A stretch of DNA of 54,358 nucleotides, filler included, from Diploschistes diacapsis (taxonomy: Eukaryota): the NCBI GenBank assembly GCA_023645945.1. It is 4 parts of 4 records of this genome, joined end to end, with 100 filler letters (N's around TTAATTAATTAA, not from the genome) between each part and the next. Parts side by side here need not be neighbours in the genome. Positions count along the whole stretch, not along the records: positions 13,630 to 27,146 come from JALAIB010000653.1; positions 27,247 to 40,762 come from JALAIB010000654.1; 2 more parts are not named here. One strand, given 5' to 3'. The notes below the pieces were generated by a model. That model made no database searches and was not told the DNA's origin. It was given only the letters and a program-made list of their open reading frames with translations. Made by a program: the position numbers and the translations under genes. Below, in pieces: positions 23,477 to 38,100 of this stretch. Position 1 is the stretch's first letter; each line of letters opens with the position of its first letter.

Positions 23477-23707
23477 TCACACTCTTGACGAAGATGGTCC
23501 GTTCCTTTACTTGCTTTAATTTGATCTCCGTTGGTGTACTGCTACTCCTGGTACTATATCCTTCAGCTGCTCGTTGGTAGGTATCTTATCTTTCCACCCT
23601 TTTCTATCGGCTAGACTGATTCCAACATTCTTGGATTGAGGTGACCGCCCACAATAACCGAGCTGAATTTCCTCGGTAGGCTCTGGCGCGCGTACTACCG
23701 TATCATC

Positions 23708-26700
23708 ATGCCAGACATTAGAACATCTCACTTCAAGAGGACGCAGAACCACAAGATCCAGTATTCCCCACATGCCATCAGCGAGTATGTATCAAGCCGT
23801 ACGGGTATGCGAGTGGTTGTCGTTGACCAAAAGGGGCCCAAAGTCCTGGGTTCGTTTGTGGCCGCAACGGAAATCTTTGACGATTCAGGATCACCCCATA
23901 CTTTGGAACATCTCTGCTTCATGGGCTCCAGGAGTTACCCGTACAAAGGCCTTCTAGATCAACTTGCGACACGGGGATACTCCTCGACGAACGCTTGGAC
24001 GGCCACAGACCACACAGCCTATACTCTAGAAACAGCTGGATACGCAGCTTTTGCAAACATACTGCCAATCTATCTAGAACACATTATCCTACCAACCCTA
24101 ACTGATTCTGGATGCTATACCGAAGTATTTCACATAGATGGAGAAGGTCATGACGCCGGTGTTGTCTATTCCGAGATGCAGGGTGTTCAGAATACTCAGG
24201 CGGAAATCATGGAGCTACGCGGCAAGAGAATCATGTATCCTGAAGGCGTAGGCTTCAGATACGAGACCGGAGGTATGATGGAACAGCTGCGGGTCCTCAC
24301 TGCGGAGCGGATACGCCAGTTTCATCGTGAGATGTATCAGCCGAAGAATCTGTGTCTCGTAATCGTGGGACAGGTTGACCAGCCTCATTTGCTTCGGACT
24401 CTTGATGAATTTGAAGATTCCATCATTTGGGCTATTCCAAGCCCAGATGCTCCTTTTAGGCGGCCATGGCTCGATTCGCAAAAGCATCGCCCTCTCAATC
24501 AATCAGTCATTGAGTCCGTTGAGTTCCCGGAAGAAGATGAATCTGTAGGGGAAATTAATGTCAAGTACTTTGGTCCAACGTGCAACAACAAAGTGCAATG
24601 TAATTCCTGCACTTATATTCCCTAGAGGATGCTAATCACATTTCAGATACCGGTCTCAATGTTTTGCTGGCATATATGGCGGGCTCCTCGGCGTCTGTAC
24701 TTGAGAATATCCTAGTCGAAAAGGAGCAGGTTGCAACAGCTGTCTACTACCAAACTACTTCACGGCCAGACACTGTTATTGAATTCGTTCTTACTGGGGT
24801 TGACGCTTCTCGTCTAAATGCCGTTGAGACAAGGTTCGTAGAGCTACTCAAGGAAACAGCCAGCAAGGAGCTTGATATGAAGTATCTTCAAGATTGCATC
24901 GATCGAGAAAAGAGACAGCAAATGTATTGCGCAGAGACAACCGATCAATACTTCGCTTCAGCGATCATTACAACATTTCTGTTTAGCGGCGATCGGGACC
25001 TTGGCTACCTTGCACATCTCAAAGAGTTCGAGGAGCTGGGCAGGTGGACGGAAGCTGATTGGCGAACTTTCCTCAAGCAGTGGATATCTGATGCACCCAG
25101 AACCTCAATCTTGGGCAAGCCCTCAGCCGTTCTATCGAAGAAAATAAAGGAAGATGAAGAGGCGCGAACCGCCGATCAAATCAGGCGACTGGGCGAAGCT
25201 GGCCTGGAAGAGTTAAAGACGAAATTACAGAAAGCAAAAGAAGAAAACGATAAGCCAATACCCAAGGAGATTCTCGAAGGATTTAAAGTCCCATCTACTG
25301 ACACCATTCATTTCGTGTCCACAACCCCCGGACGTTCGGGCAAAGCAAGGGATTTAGAGCGACCTAATAATGAGATACAGAGCATCATTGAGAAGGACCG
25401 TTCAGACTTACCACTGTACATACATTACGAACATATTGCCTCAAATTTTATTCACGTTAACATCCTTCTCTGCACATCCGCCATACCCATCGACCTCAGG
25501 CCGCTTCTTCCTATTTATTTAGGTAACTTTTTCGTCACTCCAATTATTCGAGACGGCAAAAAGGTGGAGTTTGAGGACATGGTGAAGGAACTGGATAGCG
25601 ATACCGTTGGTTATGGGTTCTCAGCTGCTTCCAAACTGGGCAATGCAGAAGTTCTCAACTTGGGTTTACAGATTGAAGCGGACAAGTATGATGTCGCTAT
25701 ACGATGGATCAGGGACCTGCTATGGAATAGCGTCTTCGATGCGGAAAGGATCTATGCAACCGTTGTCAGGCTGCTGCAAGATGTTCCAGATGAGAAAAGA
25801 AGCGGTACCGACATGTGCTACGCAGTGGCTGTGATGGTTGGTGAGAGTCCCGGCTCGATCGCTCGCGCAAGCTCAACGCTCGTCAAGGCGTTATACCTTA
25901 AGAGGATCAAGTATCTACTGAAGCAAGATCCGGAAAGAGTGCTGCACCAGCTTAACACACTCCGCGGACATTTGTGCCAGATGCAGAACATCCGAGTGCT
26001 CGTGACAGCTGACGTGGAAAAGCTGAAAACCCCTGTTGCTTCATGGGAAGTCTTTGCCAAAGGCCATGTTTTCACGAAGCCTTTAGCAAAGCTCGATTCC
26101 AGGATGGACAGGCTGTCAAAGGAAGGGAAGGAGCCTGGCAATCTATCATATATCATCCCCATGGGAACGATTGATTCGTCCTTTGCTGTATCGGTTGCAA
26201 AAGGGCTTGAGGACATCAGAGACCCGCGCCTGCCCGCGCTTTTAGTGACTATTTCCTACCTTGATGCTGTTGAGGGGCCTCTATGGGCGGCTGTACGTGG
26301 GGCCGGTCTCGCTTACGGCACAGGTTTCCGAAGGCGAATCGGGCAAATCGAGTATTCTGTGTACCGCTCGCCTGACTCCTTCAAGGCCTTTGCCACGTCC
26401 AAGAAGGTTCTCGAGGAGTTCATCGGTGGAACTCGGGAGCTCGACTCGCTTGCTCTGGAGGGCGCGGTGAGCCAGATCGTCTTGACCACGGCGAGTGCGC
26501 AATCGACCCTGATCGATGCAGCCGCAGACAACATCATCATGCAGGTCGTTCGAGAAGTACCGCGAAATTGGAACGACATCCTACTCGAGAAAGTAAGAAA
26601 CGTGACGGAAGACGAAGTGAGGGAGACCATCAAGAGATTGCTGCTTCCTCTATTCATACCGGAAACCTCAAACCTCTTCGTCACGTGTGCTACGGTCATG

Positions 26701-26944
26701 GAAGAGGTAAGCAGCCCCCCCATGTCCTAATTTTTTCCTTGGCTTGACTGACACAGCTCCGCAGGGCTTGGTCAAGGGCTTCACTGAGATGGGATACAAG
26801 CCCGAAGTCAGGAATCTGGCATCCTTTCAGGACGATTACGGCCTGAAGACAGGAGACGAAGCAGCAGACGCAGAAGGTAGCGGAGACTCTGGAGAATCCG
26901 AAGGGGGCTCTAGCGATGAAGGAGATAGCGTTTCGGACGAGTAG
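23708..26944 (+). CDS. Peptidase M16 (insulinase-like) zinc metalloprotease, Sdd3/YOL098C-like
   Basis: Inverted zinc motif PHTLEHLCFMGS, NAWTATDHTAY, GVVYSEMQG, GPLWAAVRGAGLAYG. Three exons and an acidic C-tail. Confidence 0.92.
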
Positions 26945-27146
26945 ACAGTTGAACAAAGATGTACGCTTTTTGGGGCATCAGCGGAGCGATGAGGTACTCG
27001 TGGCGGTATTTCTCAAAATCTTGTATTGCCGCCGCCCACATAGGGGAAGGAGCGTATCTCAAGAGATATCTTTATCAACCCTGGTGCAGCCACAAGCACA
27101 ATAAGAAGTCTATCCCACGACGGCCTCTCCACGGCCCACTCCCTCC

Positions 27147-27246
27147 NNNNNNNNNNNNNNNNNNNNNNNNNNNNNNNNNNNNNNNNNNNNTTAATTAATT
27201 AANNNNNNNNNNNNNNNNNNNNNNNNNNNNNNNNNNNNNNNNNNNN
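27147..27246. other. Artificial contig spacer
   Basis: 44 N + TTAATTAATTAA + 44 N. Confidence 0.98.
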
Positions 27247-30200
27247 ACCCTCAACCCCTTCCACCCCTCGAGCTCCCTCTCCAGCCGCCCCCTCTCCTCC
27301 CTCTCCGCCTTCAGATCCCGCTCCGCCCTGCGCGCGGCGAGTTCGTGCCGGCTTTCGTCCTGCTGCAGCTCGTCGATGCTCTGCAGCAGGCGCTCTATCT
27401 TCTGGTCCTTGGCCGCGAGCTCGCCGGTCAGCTGGGCGATGGATTTCTCGCGGCGGGCGATTTCCGTCTGCAGCGAGGACAGGGCGCGGTCGTGGGTGCG
27501 CGCCGAGCGGGTAGCCGTGTTGGCGGTTGTGTGAAGGGAGTCGAGGGCTTCTTCGAGCTGTGGGGGAAAAGGGTTAGTGGAGGTGGGATGGAGGGGAGGG
27601 CGAGAGAGGCGTGAAGGGTGAAGGGTGAAGGTGCAGGCTAAAAGTGTAGCGGAGATGGAGCCGAAAAGGCAGTGGAAACAGGCTCTCCGGGGCTGGGTCG
27701 ATGAAACAAACCAATGGGAAGATGAAAGCAAATCCCTCGTAACAGAACAGCAGCAGACTACTAACCTCCTTGATCCGCCCATTCAGGAACCTCACATCCC
27801 CACTCGCAGAGCTGAACCCCTTACTCTCCAACTCCACAACCTTACCCTGCAGATCCTTGACGTTCTTCTCCAAACTCGCCTTCTCCCTATGCAGCGCATC
27901 GATACTCTCCCGCTCCGCCACAATATCTTTCTGCAGCTCCGTCGCCAGCGCTTCGGCCCGCCGCATCTTGCCGACCGCCGCCTCCGCCACGTCGTCCTTG
28001 GCCGCCAGCTGGCTCTTGAGCTCGAGGATCTCGCGGTCCATGCCGACGGCGTTGCGCATCGCCGGGCTCTGGCCGCGCGACAGCTCGTCGAAGCGCTCCG
28101 TCATGTTGGTCAGCCGGGTCTCGAGCGCGCGCTTCTCCTTGACCAGCAGGTCGCGCTCGGCAGAGACGTCGTCGGTCGAGGTCCGGAGCTCGCGCACCTG
28201 CGAGAGCAGGCTGACGATGCGCGACTGCGACTCGTTGAGCGCGCTGACGGCTTCCTCGCGCGAGGATGACAGGTCCTGCTGCGTCATCTCCAGCCGCGCC
28301 TTCTCCTTGGCCCACGTCGAGCTGTTGAGCACCTCGTCGTCCCACTTCGCTCTCAGGTCTTCGAGCTCGTCGCGCAGGCGGCCGGTTTCCGAGCGCGCGT
28401 GCAGCACGTTGTCGCGCTCGATCTCGAGCTCGTTGGTCAGCGCCGAAAACTCGGACTGGTATTTCCGGCGCAGCTGGTCGAGCGACATCTCTCGGTCTTC
28501 GACGTCCATTGCACGTTGGCTGCGGTAGTCTTCTAGCTCGTGCTGCAGGCGCTTCTTCGCTTGCATAGCAGAGTCGAGATCCGCGGACAGATCTTCGATC
28601 TTCTCTTCCTGTCGCTGGGCCTGGCGTTGGAAGTCTTCTAGCATGGTGTCCATCTGCTTGCGCTCCGACATGATCGTGGCACAGCGCTCTTCCGTCTCGC
28701 GGGCTTGCGCCCTTGCAAATTGTTCGGCACGCGAAGCTTTGACTACTGAAATCTCCGCTTGTTCCAGTTTGCTGAAGTACTCGTCTGCACGGGTCTTGTA
28801 GAGGTTCATGCTGGATGTTGCATCGCTGACTCGCGAAGCTTCCGTATCTAAGCGGATTTGCAGGTCGGCATAGTCTTGAAGAAGCTGCGCATGGTTCGAA
28901 GCCTCGTGTTCGTGCACGAGCCTGAGCTCTTCCAGCTCCGAGTTGGAGTCGCGAAGATCAGTCTCCAGCTTGGACTTGACGTCCCTGAAACTGTCGAACT
29001 GAACTTTAATGTCGGCAAGATCCGCGACTACCGCATTGTGTGCATTGAGAAGAGATTTGCGTGAGTTCTCTTGAGAGTTCAGCAAGTCAAACAGTTCTTC
29101 GTGAGACTTGGCTTGCACGTCCCGCAACGAAAGCTCTCCGGATCTCAGGGTCTTCTCCAACGATGAGACCTTCTTGGCCGAATCATCCAACTTCTCGTGG
29201 AGCCGGTTGTTCTCGCGCTCTAGTTTCTGTACCCGGCGCAACGATGGACTCTCGTCCCAAGAGGAATCTGACGAAGACCGGCCGAGTTGACCCTGTAGTT
29301 GTCGGTTCTGCAACTCGAGCATCTGGATCTTGTTATGTGTCATCTCAAGCTCGGCCACAATATCCATTCTCTTGTTGTATGCAGCGGTGTCCGATGTCTG
29401 GTCTGTTCGGCTCGAGTCCGGAAGGTCTCTGTCGACGTAAACACGGTCTGGCGTGGAGAAGCCGGATAGAGGCTTGATGTTCACTCCGCTTCGGGCTTGG
29501 CCATTTGTGCGAGGAGAATGAGGCAGCGCGTTTTGATGCAGCTCCTCCAGAAGGTGCCGTTTCGAGCTCGAGTGCCGGGTGTCCATTTCCGTCATGTCGT
29601 CTTGATGGCGCTGTCGCAGATCGCTTAGTTGAGACTCGTATTGTTCGCACCGTTCCCTATAGACTTTCAAGTCTACATGAGTGGCTTGCAACTGACGGGC
29701 AATGTCCACTGAGTCGGCGAGGCGAGGCTTGACCGATTCCCAGGTCGGTGTTGACCTAGAGTCCCGGATTTCTGGATCAAATACCTTCTGGAGAAGCACG
29801 AGCTGGTTGCGGCACTCTTCGATTTCCTTGTTTGCATCGTCGAGGCTCGCTTGCACTTTTCTCGTATTGGCTTGAGCTTGAGTCTTCATCTGCTTTTCTG
29901 TGTCGAGACTCCGACTCGCTTCGGTCAGCTGGATATTCAAAAAACTGGCAGCCTTCTCAGCGTTCCGAGTGGCTTGGTGCTCGCGACTAACTTCATGGCT
30001 CAGATCCTCCAGGCTGAGTTCAAGTTTTTCTTTCTGCTTCTCAAGCGAAGCAATAGCCATTTGAGCATCTCCGAGTTGCTTTGACGAGTTCTTCAGCTCG
30101 TTTTCCAGTCTGGTCTTCTCTGCCTGGAGCTGGTTGACGCGCAACTTCGAATTCTCTCCCGCTCGTGAATTGCTTCTTGCAATATCCAGGTTCTTCTGCT

Positions 30201-33200
30201 GAATCTTGTTAAGTAGGGCTCGATTGTCGTTTTCGGATGCAGCAAGACGGCCTTTGACGGTCACGAGTTCTCGTGCAAGTCGCTCTTTGTGCTGATCATT
30301 CTGCAACCTGAAATTATCGGAGTCCGCAATCAAGTCGTTGAGACTTTGGACTTCTGTAGCTAAGCGATCTCGGTCAGCTACAGCCTCGTCAAGCTGAACA
30401 TTAACTTCGTCGAGCTCTCTTCGTAGATTGGCCGTCCGCTCTTGCGCTTGCCGGGCGATTGTACGCTCTGCAGCCGCTTCAGCTTCGAGCCTTAGGGTTT
30501 CGTTCTTCGTGAAGCGCTCTCGCAGGTTTCTGAGCTCTGTTTGCAGCTCCTTCCGACAGTTCTCTGCGGTGGCGCGGGCTTCCATAGCCCGGCGTAGGCC
30601 GTCTTGCTGCATGTACATCTCCTTCTCGATTGTGATCTTTGATTCGTTGAGCACGTCGTACTCTTCCTGCAAGGAAGACAGTTGGTGGTCGCTAAGCATT
30701 TGAACATCGTCCCGAGACTGTCTTTCGCGGCTCAGGTCAGCTTGAGCATGGAACAGCTCATCCTTGAGAGTCTTGATCTGCTCTTCGAGTCGCTTCCTGT
30801 TGTTTCCCGCCTGTTGATCCTCATTGAGCTTGGCCTCGAGGAGCTTCTTCGTGTCCGCAGCTTCCCGCTCGGCCTGCGCCTTTTGAGATTTCATTGCATC
30901 CGCATCGGCTTGGATTTCGCGAAGTCGGTTTTGAATATTGTCGTGTCTCAAAGTGAGACTACTCTTTTCGCTCTCAAGAACCCTCTTCTCCGTCTCATGA
31001 CGCCTCTGATCGCTCTTGAGAACAGCAATCTCCGACTCCTTTCTTCTTACAACGTCTTCGTAACTAGTAGAGGTAGCCGAGAGCTCTGAGAGCTGCTGGC
31101 GGATCTGCTGACTGTCTTCCAAGAGGTCCTTGTTTTGCCTACGCGATGATTGCAGCTCCTTTGTGGTAGTCGCGAGCTTGACATCTAACTCTTGATCGAC
31201 CTTCAGTAGCTTAGCCTCTAGGTCCGCCACTTTGCGTTCCTGGAGGTGAAGTTGGCTCTCCAACATCCTCTTGTCTTGTGCTAGCGTCTCATTCCTCTCA
31301 TCGTCCTCGCCTCGCGATTTCTCAATGCCTGTTAACCTTTCATCGAGCTCTGCTAACCGCTCGACTAGATCATGTTTCTCGTTCTCGAGCCGCGCGATGA
31401 TCGTTCCGGCTTGCTCCAGCTGGGTCTGCCAGTTGCGCGCCTGTTGTTCGGCTTGCTTCTTAGCATCCATGAGCTCATCAAGTTGGTCTTCGAGGTGCTC
31501 TTGGTCTTCTATCGCGCCGGCCAACTTTTCGCTAAGCTCAGCCTCTCTATCTTGTAGTCGTTTAAAAATCTCTTCCTTGTCAAGCGCGAGTGCTCTTTCG
31601 CTCTCGAGGGTCTGCTGTATGCGCTGTATCTCGCTTTCGGCACGCCGTCGGTCCTCGTCGATCTTCTGGCGGCTTTCAACATCCTCCTGGATCTGTGACT
31701 GGAGCTTCTGGATCGTCTCGTCTCGTTTCTTGACCTCCTGGGCGGTTCGCGTTTCCCCCAAAAGTGGCCGCATACGCACGAACAGCTTCCACCAAGGGTT
31801 GCTGTTGAGGTCAAGGTACACTTGAAAGTTTTGCTGAATTATACGGGTCGCTTCTGCCCGGTATAGTCGCTTGTTGGCAATTCTGCGCTGCGTAAAGCCT
31901 CGAGCCGCTGATTGAAACCTGCCCATGATTTCATTGATCAGTGCATCACGCTGCTCCTCAAGCTCGGCAAGCACGCCAGCCCTGAAAAATACCTTAGTAA
32001 GACCCACGCGGTAGACTGCTTTGTCGAGTCCAAGCTTCTCCAGTATCATTTCGGATGCTTGTTGACCTTCGAGGTAGCCCTTTGGCATGTTCCTGCAAAG
32101 CACTTCGTACCTCGATCGGAACTCTGCAAACGGAAGCCGGTTTGGAAATCCGGTCCTGGCTATCCTGATGCCCTCCAAGACGCCATTGCACCTCAGCTGA
32201 TCCAAAACAAGAGGCGCATTGAACTGTTTCGGCCGTTTCTTGTGATTCGGCAAAATGCATCGAACGAAATGCGGGTGTGTAGAGTGAAGCTGATTCATCA
32301 GCGTGGACAATTGTTCCTTGTGCCTCTGAGCGACTGTGCGAAAGAGCCCCTTCTTGACTCGGCTCCTGGTTGCTCCTGGCTCATCATCTGTTTCCGCACA
32401 GTCGACAAATAGACCTGAAACATGCTTGTCTGAGGACTCCGCAAGGAGCCGCGTGAGGTTGTCGTTCAGAGGATCTTTGTTCTTTTCTAGCCAGCCCTCC
32501 GTCGAATACTCAACCTCTGCAGCATAATGCGTCAGCATAAAACCCTGACTCAACCGAGACGGCCTGTACTTTGTGGTCTTGCGATCCCATAAAGAGTGTA
32601 GCTTTTCCGTGAAACTCTTGTCCGTAGCCTTTGGCATTACCGAGTCTTCGTCCAAACACGAGAAAATCCCGATCGGATTTGGTAATTCAATAAGATCTAT
32701 GGTCGGTTGCAAGTCTTTGCCAAAATCAATAAACTTCCATTCGATCTGTTCCCGGGCGTACTCTTCTTGTTCGAGTACGAACATGTGGTGGTTGAAAAAC
32801 TGTTGTAGCTTCTCGTTCGTAAAGTTGATGCAGAGTTGTTCGAAGCTGTTGTGCTCGAAGATTTCAAACCCAGCAATATCAAGCACACCAATGAAGCGCG
32901 AGTCGTCCGTGCTCATACTTGTACCGTCTAGTTGCCGGTTGATCCGCGAAACCAGATCTCCAAACGCCCGTTCGTATATTCCTTTGGCCAATGCGTCGAT
33001 GGTCGCTTGAACTTGCTCCGGGGTCTGGACTTTCTCGACAATTTCACGTCCGGCCCTCACTACAGGATGCAAGAGGCCTTTGACGAAAGCATCTAAGGGT
33101 ATCCCAAGGAGCCGACATACCTTCCGGGCTTGTTGCAAAGCCTCCTCGGTCAGAGTAGCCTGGTCGCCGCGCGAGCTCTGTCTCGCTACGCTAATGTTAC

Positions 33201-34530
33201 CCATATGGAGAACAGCGGCAACGGTTCGAAGAATCGAAGTCTGCTCTTTCTGTGAGAAGCCCATGATGTGAAAGGCCTCGATAAGAGAGTTGAACTCATC
33301 ACGGTCCGAGACGCCTCCTATGATATCGTTGCCATTTCTGATGTATTCAAAATTTGCTGTTTCGTGGCCACTAAGAAGCAATTCTTCCTTCATTCTGGGA
33401 TCCGCCCCACTTAACAGCTGGTAAAAGATGTGATAATTACGCTCGCTCGAGTTGATCCTGACGACTCTGGACTTCTCCAAAAGATACCAATCTATATACG
33501 CCCCAGCAATCTGACCAGAACGCAAGAACTCAATGCGTATGAATTTGCCGAATCTGGAGGAATTGTTGTTTCGTACTGTTTGCGCGTTGCCGAAAGCTTC
33601 TAGTATCGGATTGGCGCGGAGTATCTGCTGGGAGAGATTGCTGAGATGCCGAGATCCCGGTCTCGCGGCTGGCGTATCGGTGGTAGCCACAGCAGCAAGA
33701 TACTGAATGACCTTTTTGGTGTTCTCTGTTTTGCCTGCACCGGACTCGCCCGTAACCAGTATGCTCTGGTTCTCTCCCTCTTCCACGAGATTACGAAACG
33801 ACAGGTCGGCCATTGCAAAGACGTGAGGTTTCGTCTCTTCCCTCCCTCGTCCCTTGTACATTTTAACATAGTCATTGCTGTATATCGGCAACGAGCAGTA
33901 GGGGTTGACAGTGACAAGGAAGAGGCCCGAGTATGTGTAAATCAAATCGCTTTGATAACGTAACTGAAGGTTATGAACAACTGACGCCTCGTTCAAGTGC
34001 GTCAGCTCTGCCATATCGTCTGCTTTGTCAAACTTTGCTGGGTTGACTTTGTCAACTGCATCGGACGCCACTTCTCGCTGGCTTCCATCTTCGCACTGCA
34101 CCAGCAACAAATCTCCAAGCCGGTCTTCCACTACCCAGCCTTTGACAAAAGCTTGCTGCGGGTCGCGAAGCCAAACATAGCGCCTACCCGAGAAATCATT
34201 TTCTCCTTCTATGCCTCGTACGCGCTCCGTGTCTTTCTGTGCCCCTTCCGACTCGATGAATTTTGGCGCAAATGTGGCGGATGAGGAGGCTCCATTGGAG
34301 TTCGATTGAGACCGCTGATGTCGGGTTGTTTGAGGATTTAGAGGAGTAGTATTGGTTGAAGGCGAGAATGACTGATTGCGATTATGGCCCAAGGGATTTA
34401 ACGAGGAAGAAGCTGGAAATATCGTAGACTTTGGGCGGCCTTCCACAGCATTAGATTGAGGGGACGAGGGCTGAGAGCCTCTCGTGAAGGGGTTGTTTCG
34501 CTTCGCATAGCCGGTTGAGGACCCCATCAT
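27247..34530 (-). CDS. MYO1: Myosin type II heavy chain, 3'-partial
   Basis: P-loop GESGAGKT, LEAFGNAQTVRNNNSSRFGKF, LDIAGFE, QLRCNGVLEGIRI, and a long coiled-coil tail. One 208-nt intron (27765..27558) leads to LEEALDSLH...ELEGWKGLR, which runs into the gap. Confidence 0.97.
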
Positions 34531-34731
34531 GGTAATGGGGATGCGGCTGTACTGAGAAACAGGTATGGACGAGAAAATCGCGATTAAGCCTCAATCAGAC
34601 ATGGCCACGCTGCATAGAGTATTCAATACTCAGTAGTCAAGTGTAACAGGACACGAAACAAGGAAATTGGTTGTCGACGAACTGCCCAAATGCAGAATCG
34701 GTATATAGCAGAAGGTGTTTGGGGTTTTCGA

Positions 34732-34738
34732 TGTTTAC
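34732..34738 (-). promoter_or_regulatory. Forkhead consensus GTAAACA upstream of myosin II
   Basis: TGTTTAC about 200 bp upstream of the ATG. Myosin II is a forkhead/G2-M target in yeasts. The motif is short. Confidence 0.3.
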
Positions 34739-35163
34739 TTTCGCTTGGGTTCTGGCGAGGAAGCTACAGTAGAGAGTACACCAATCAGATCGATCGCCTT
34801 TGCCAAGCTTGCACTAAGCCTTTCACGGCCGCATCACGTTTTTCGTTTTTCAACAACGTCTTGAAGTTTTCAGTGATAAGTCAACAGGTGTTACTATTCA
34901 CTACTGCGACTCTCTACTCGGCAAACAATCAAAGCTTCAAACTAAAGCTGATGCCGAACCACAGCCAGCTGCTCTGAGGAGCGGTCACGATCAGCATGTC
35001 TATTGCGGTGAGAAGTCTTTTCATCAACTGCATCTCTAAGTCTTTGAGCTTTTCTTTCCGGCTCATTTCCAAGCAATCGCTCGTGGTCGAGTTCCACTCT
35101 TTACCTCTTCCAAACTGAGCAGATATACCCTTCTACTGACCGTGTTGTTCCTTTCACGCAACA

Positions 35164-38100
35164 ATGTCCGGCTTCCAACCCGGCGGCCTTCACTTTGGGC
35201 CACCGTTCAATTATGGTGGTGGGCAATATATGCCTCCATTCCAGACACCCATACCCTACAATAACAACATGATGCCTCCTCAGCCCGGCTTGCAGCAGCC
35301 TCAGTTTTCGCAACCCCGACCTCCTTCGTATCCTCAAATGCCTCAAGGTGCAAACCAGGTGCACTATGCGAACAGTGCCTCATTCCACAGCAACGTACAA
35401 TTTCATCCTTCTGGGTATCACCAAGCCCAGCCTCCGCCGCCTCCGCAATTCTATGGCTATGGTCAGTACAACAACAACGTATCTGCTCATTTCACTCCCA
35501 ACCTGCAGAATCAGGGCTTTAATGCGGGACCTCCGCCTCCGCAGAGTCTTCATACTAGTGTCATGACCACTCCTCACATCATCAACAGCGTTCCTCATAC
35601 TCCTGCCTCCAACACGCCGGTAAGGTCAACCTTTGGCGCACAGCGACCACCAGGGTTTGGCATTCCGTTTGAATCTCGAGAACATGAAGGCACATCGGTC
35701 GGTGTGTCTGATCCGATACCTCAGCTCAGACATGATACGGCGAGCGCAGCATATGGTAGCTCAGTTTCCGAGGTGCGTCCTGCAGACCCAATGCCAGGCA
35801 TAGATTTTGTAGGTGAAAAAGTGGTGAATGCTCAGGAGGACTTGAGTCTTGACGATAAGCCTCAACCTTCTGCAAACCAATATCCGCTTCAAGTTGAGTC
35901 GATAGGTCTTGTTGAGAATGGCGTCGCGGAAGATCAACGGGATCAGGAAGTGGATGACAGTCATAATAGTCAGATTGATGGTTTCTTTTCTCTGGTGCGG
36001 AGACTAACAATTTTTTAGATTCACCTCTGCATAATGTTGTTACGCAAAATGCAGCATCCACTGCGATCTCCAAAGAAAACTTTTATGTGGAGGATCTGTC
36101 TGACGAGAATATTTCCACCGGCCATCCTCAAGTAGATTCAACCGAAGAACCCGAGACACACAAAAAGGACAGTGTTCTGATAGTAAAGAGAGACCAGGCA
36201 AAAAAAGCTATCAGAGAGCTGAACAGCCACCACATCGGTTTTCAGGAACTTCGTGCAGAGCAACTCAACATAGATCTCTTGCAACAGCTTTACTCAGAAT
36301 TGGGTCTGTCCATTCCATCCGACCGTGAATCTGGAATAAACTCGAAGGCTGAGAGTGCACTTGAAGAAGTCTCAGCCGCTACTGCTAAATCTCCTCAAAC
36401 TCAGAAGGAGCAGGAAGGTCTGGCCCAAGAGCTGTGTCCACTTGTGAGACCTCAACCCGAAAAGGTGCTTTCAAACCACAAAATTGAGTTAGACGTGGTA
36501 GACAAAGACATACCTGTACCACCCGCGTCGCCACAAGTTTTGACCGGAACATCTATAAAGACTTCAACACCCCCTCTGGTGAAAAAACCCGCCCTTGCAG
36601 AAACCGCTGACCCGTCGAAGGGAAGGAAGGACTATATAGCCAGATTGCTTGCTGCAAAGGCTGGTATCAAACAAGATCCAGTTGCGGAACAACCAAAGCC
36701 TAACGGAATTGATGCTAGGCCGCAAACTCCGATTCAAGAGAACCCCGCCAAAGCCATACAACCTGCATCCAATTCTCAAGCAGCGAGCGACTTTAAGAAA
36801 TCAGAGATGAAAGATCCGAAGCAGACTGAGCTCATCCGTCAACGGCTAGAGGCACTGAAGAATAGTGCAAAGAACCAGCAATCACCCTCTAAACAGCTTT
36901 CTCCAGCTACCAATCCAGACCAAACCGAAGCAGCTGCTCCAAGCACTGCGAAGGAAAGTAACGAGGTGGAGACTGGACAAGAAACAAACGAACAGCCACG
37001 AATAGTAGAGGTGCCTGCAGTGGACGGCCACCGGAATGCGCATGGTCCATATGCATCTTTCTTTGTCCCTAGCGACCGAAGCTCGTTCAGCATTTTACCC
37101 GGTCTTCCTGGGCTATCTAGCTTTCCGCCCGTAGTTAGCCCTTTAGCCGAGGCACCTTCGGCAATACCTGCAGAGGAAAGTGACGAAAATGGCGAAACCC
37201 TATGGGAAGACGAAAAGGGCAGCTCCGAAGCGATCGAAGCCTACTCGCCAAAAAAAGAGTCACGGGCACAAGCCGAAATATTGCCAGATATACCCGTCGA
37301 AGCGCCGCAGGTGTCCGAAATTGCTGTGAGAACTTCAGCGCCGTCTACAGAGTCACGAAAACGACCTACAGCTGCTGATTTCATAGATTCGCCTCCGCAT
37401 AAGGTAGCCAGAAGGACTGCTCCTTCAGAGCCTATTCACTTGGTCATTGATGTCAGCGACGATGAGGAGGAAGTTTTGGCTAATAAGGTCGATAAAGATC
37501 AGCTTCCGCAGGATGAGGTAAATTCAAGTCCAGCTCCCCAGCCGCTACGAGATGAAAACATCAATGACCGTAAAGGTCTACGGGAACTTCCTCCCTTGAG
37601 CAACTTTCCCCCACGAAGCGTGAATGCTTTCAATAGGACGCCGCAAGCTCAGACGCCCTTGCTAGCACAGCAAGAAGAGCATATACGTCAAATGAAAATG
37701 CGAATTGCCGAAGCCGAGCACCGCCGCAAGGCTAAGAGATTCAGTGAAACGCCTGCGGCTTCTGAGCCCGCTCACTCTCCTGTCGTCATGGACGCCGCTT
37801 TAGCAAAGACCGTTGACTCAAAGCAGCAGGCCATCAAGGAACTCAATGAACAGCTTGAGAGGCGAGAAAAGGCTCTTGCGGTAGCAAAGCGAGGAATTCA
37901 AGAAAAGCTCGAAGCAGAGCGCCGCGATAAGGCCAGGGTAGCTGCTCTTGCGGAGAAGGAACGCCAAGAAGCTGCTCGTGCAACGTCAATCGCCGAAAGG
38001 GAACTTCGACTCGCCCGTAAATCAACGCTCGAGGCCGCATTACCTAGCCTCGACGCTCAGATTCACACTGCTAAGGCTAAACTAGAAGACATGAAGAGGC

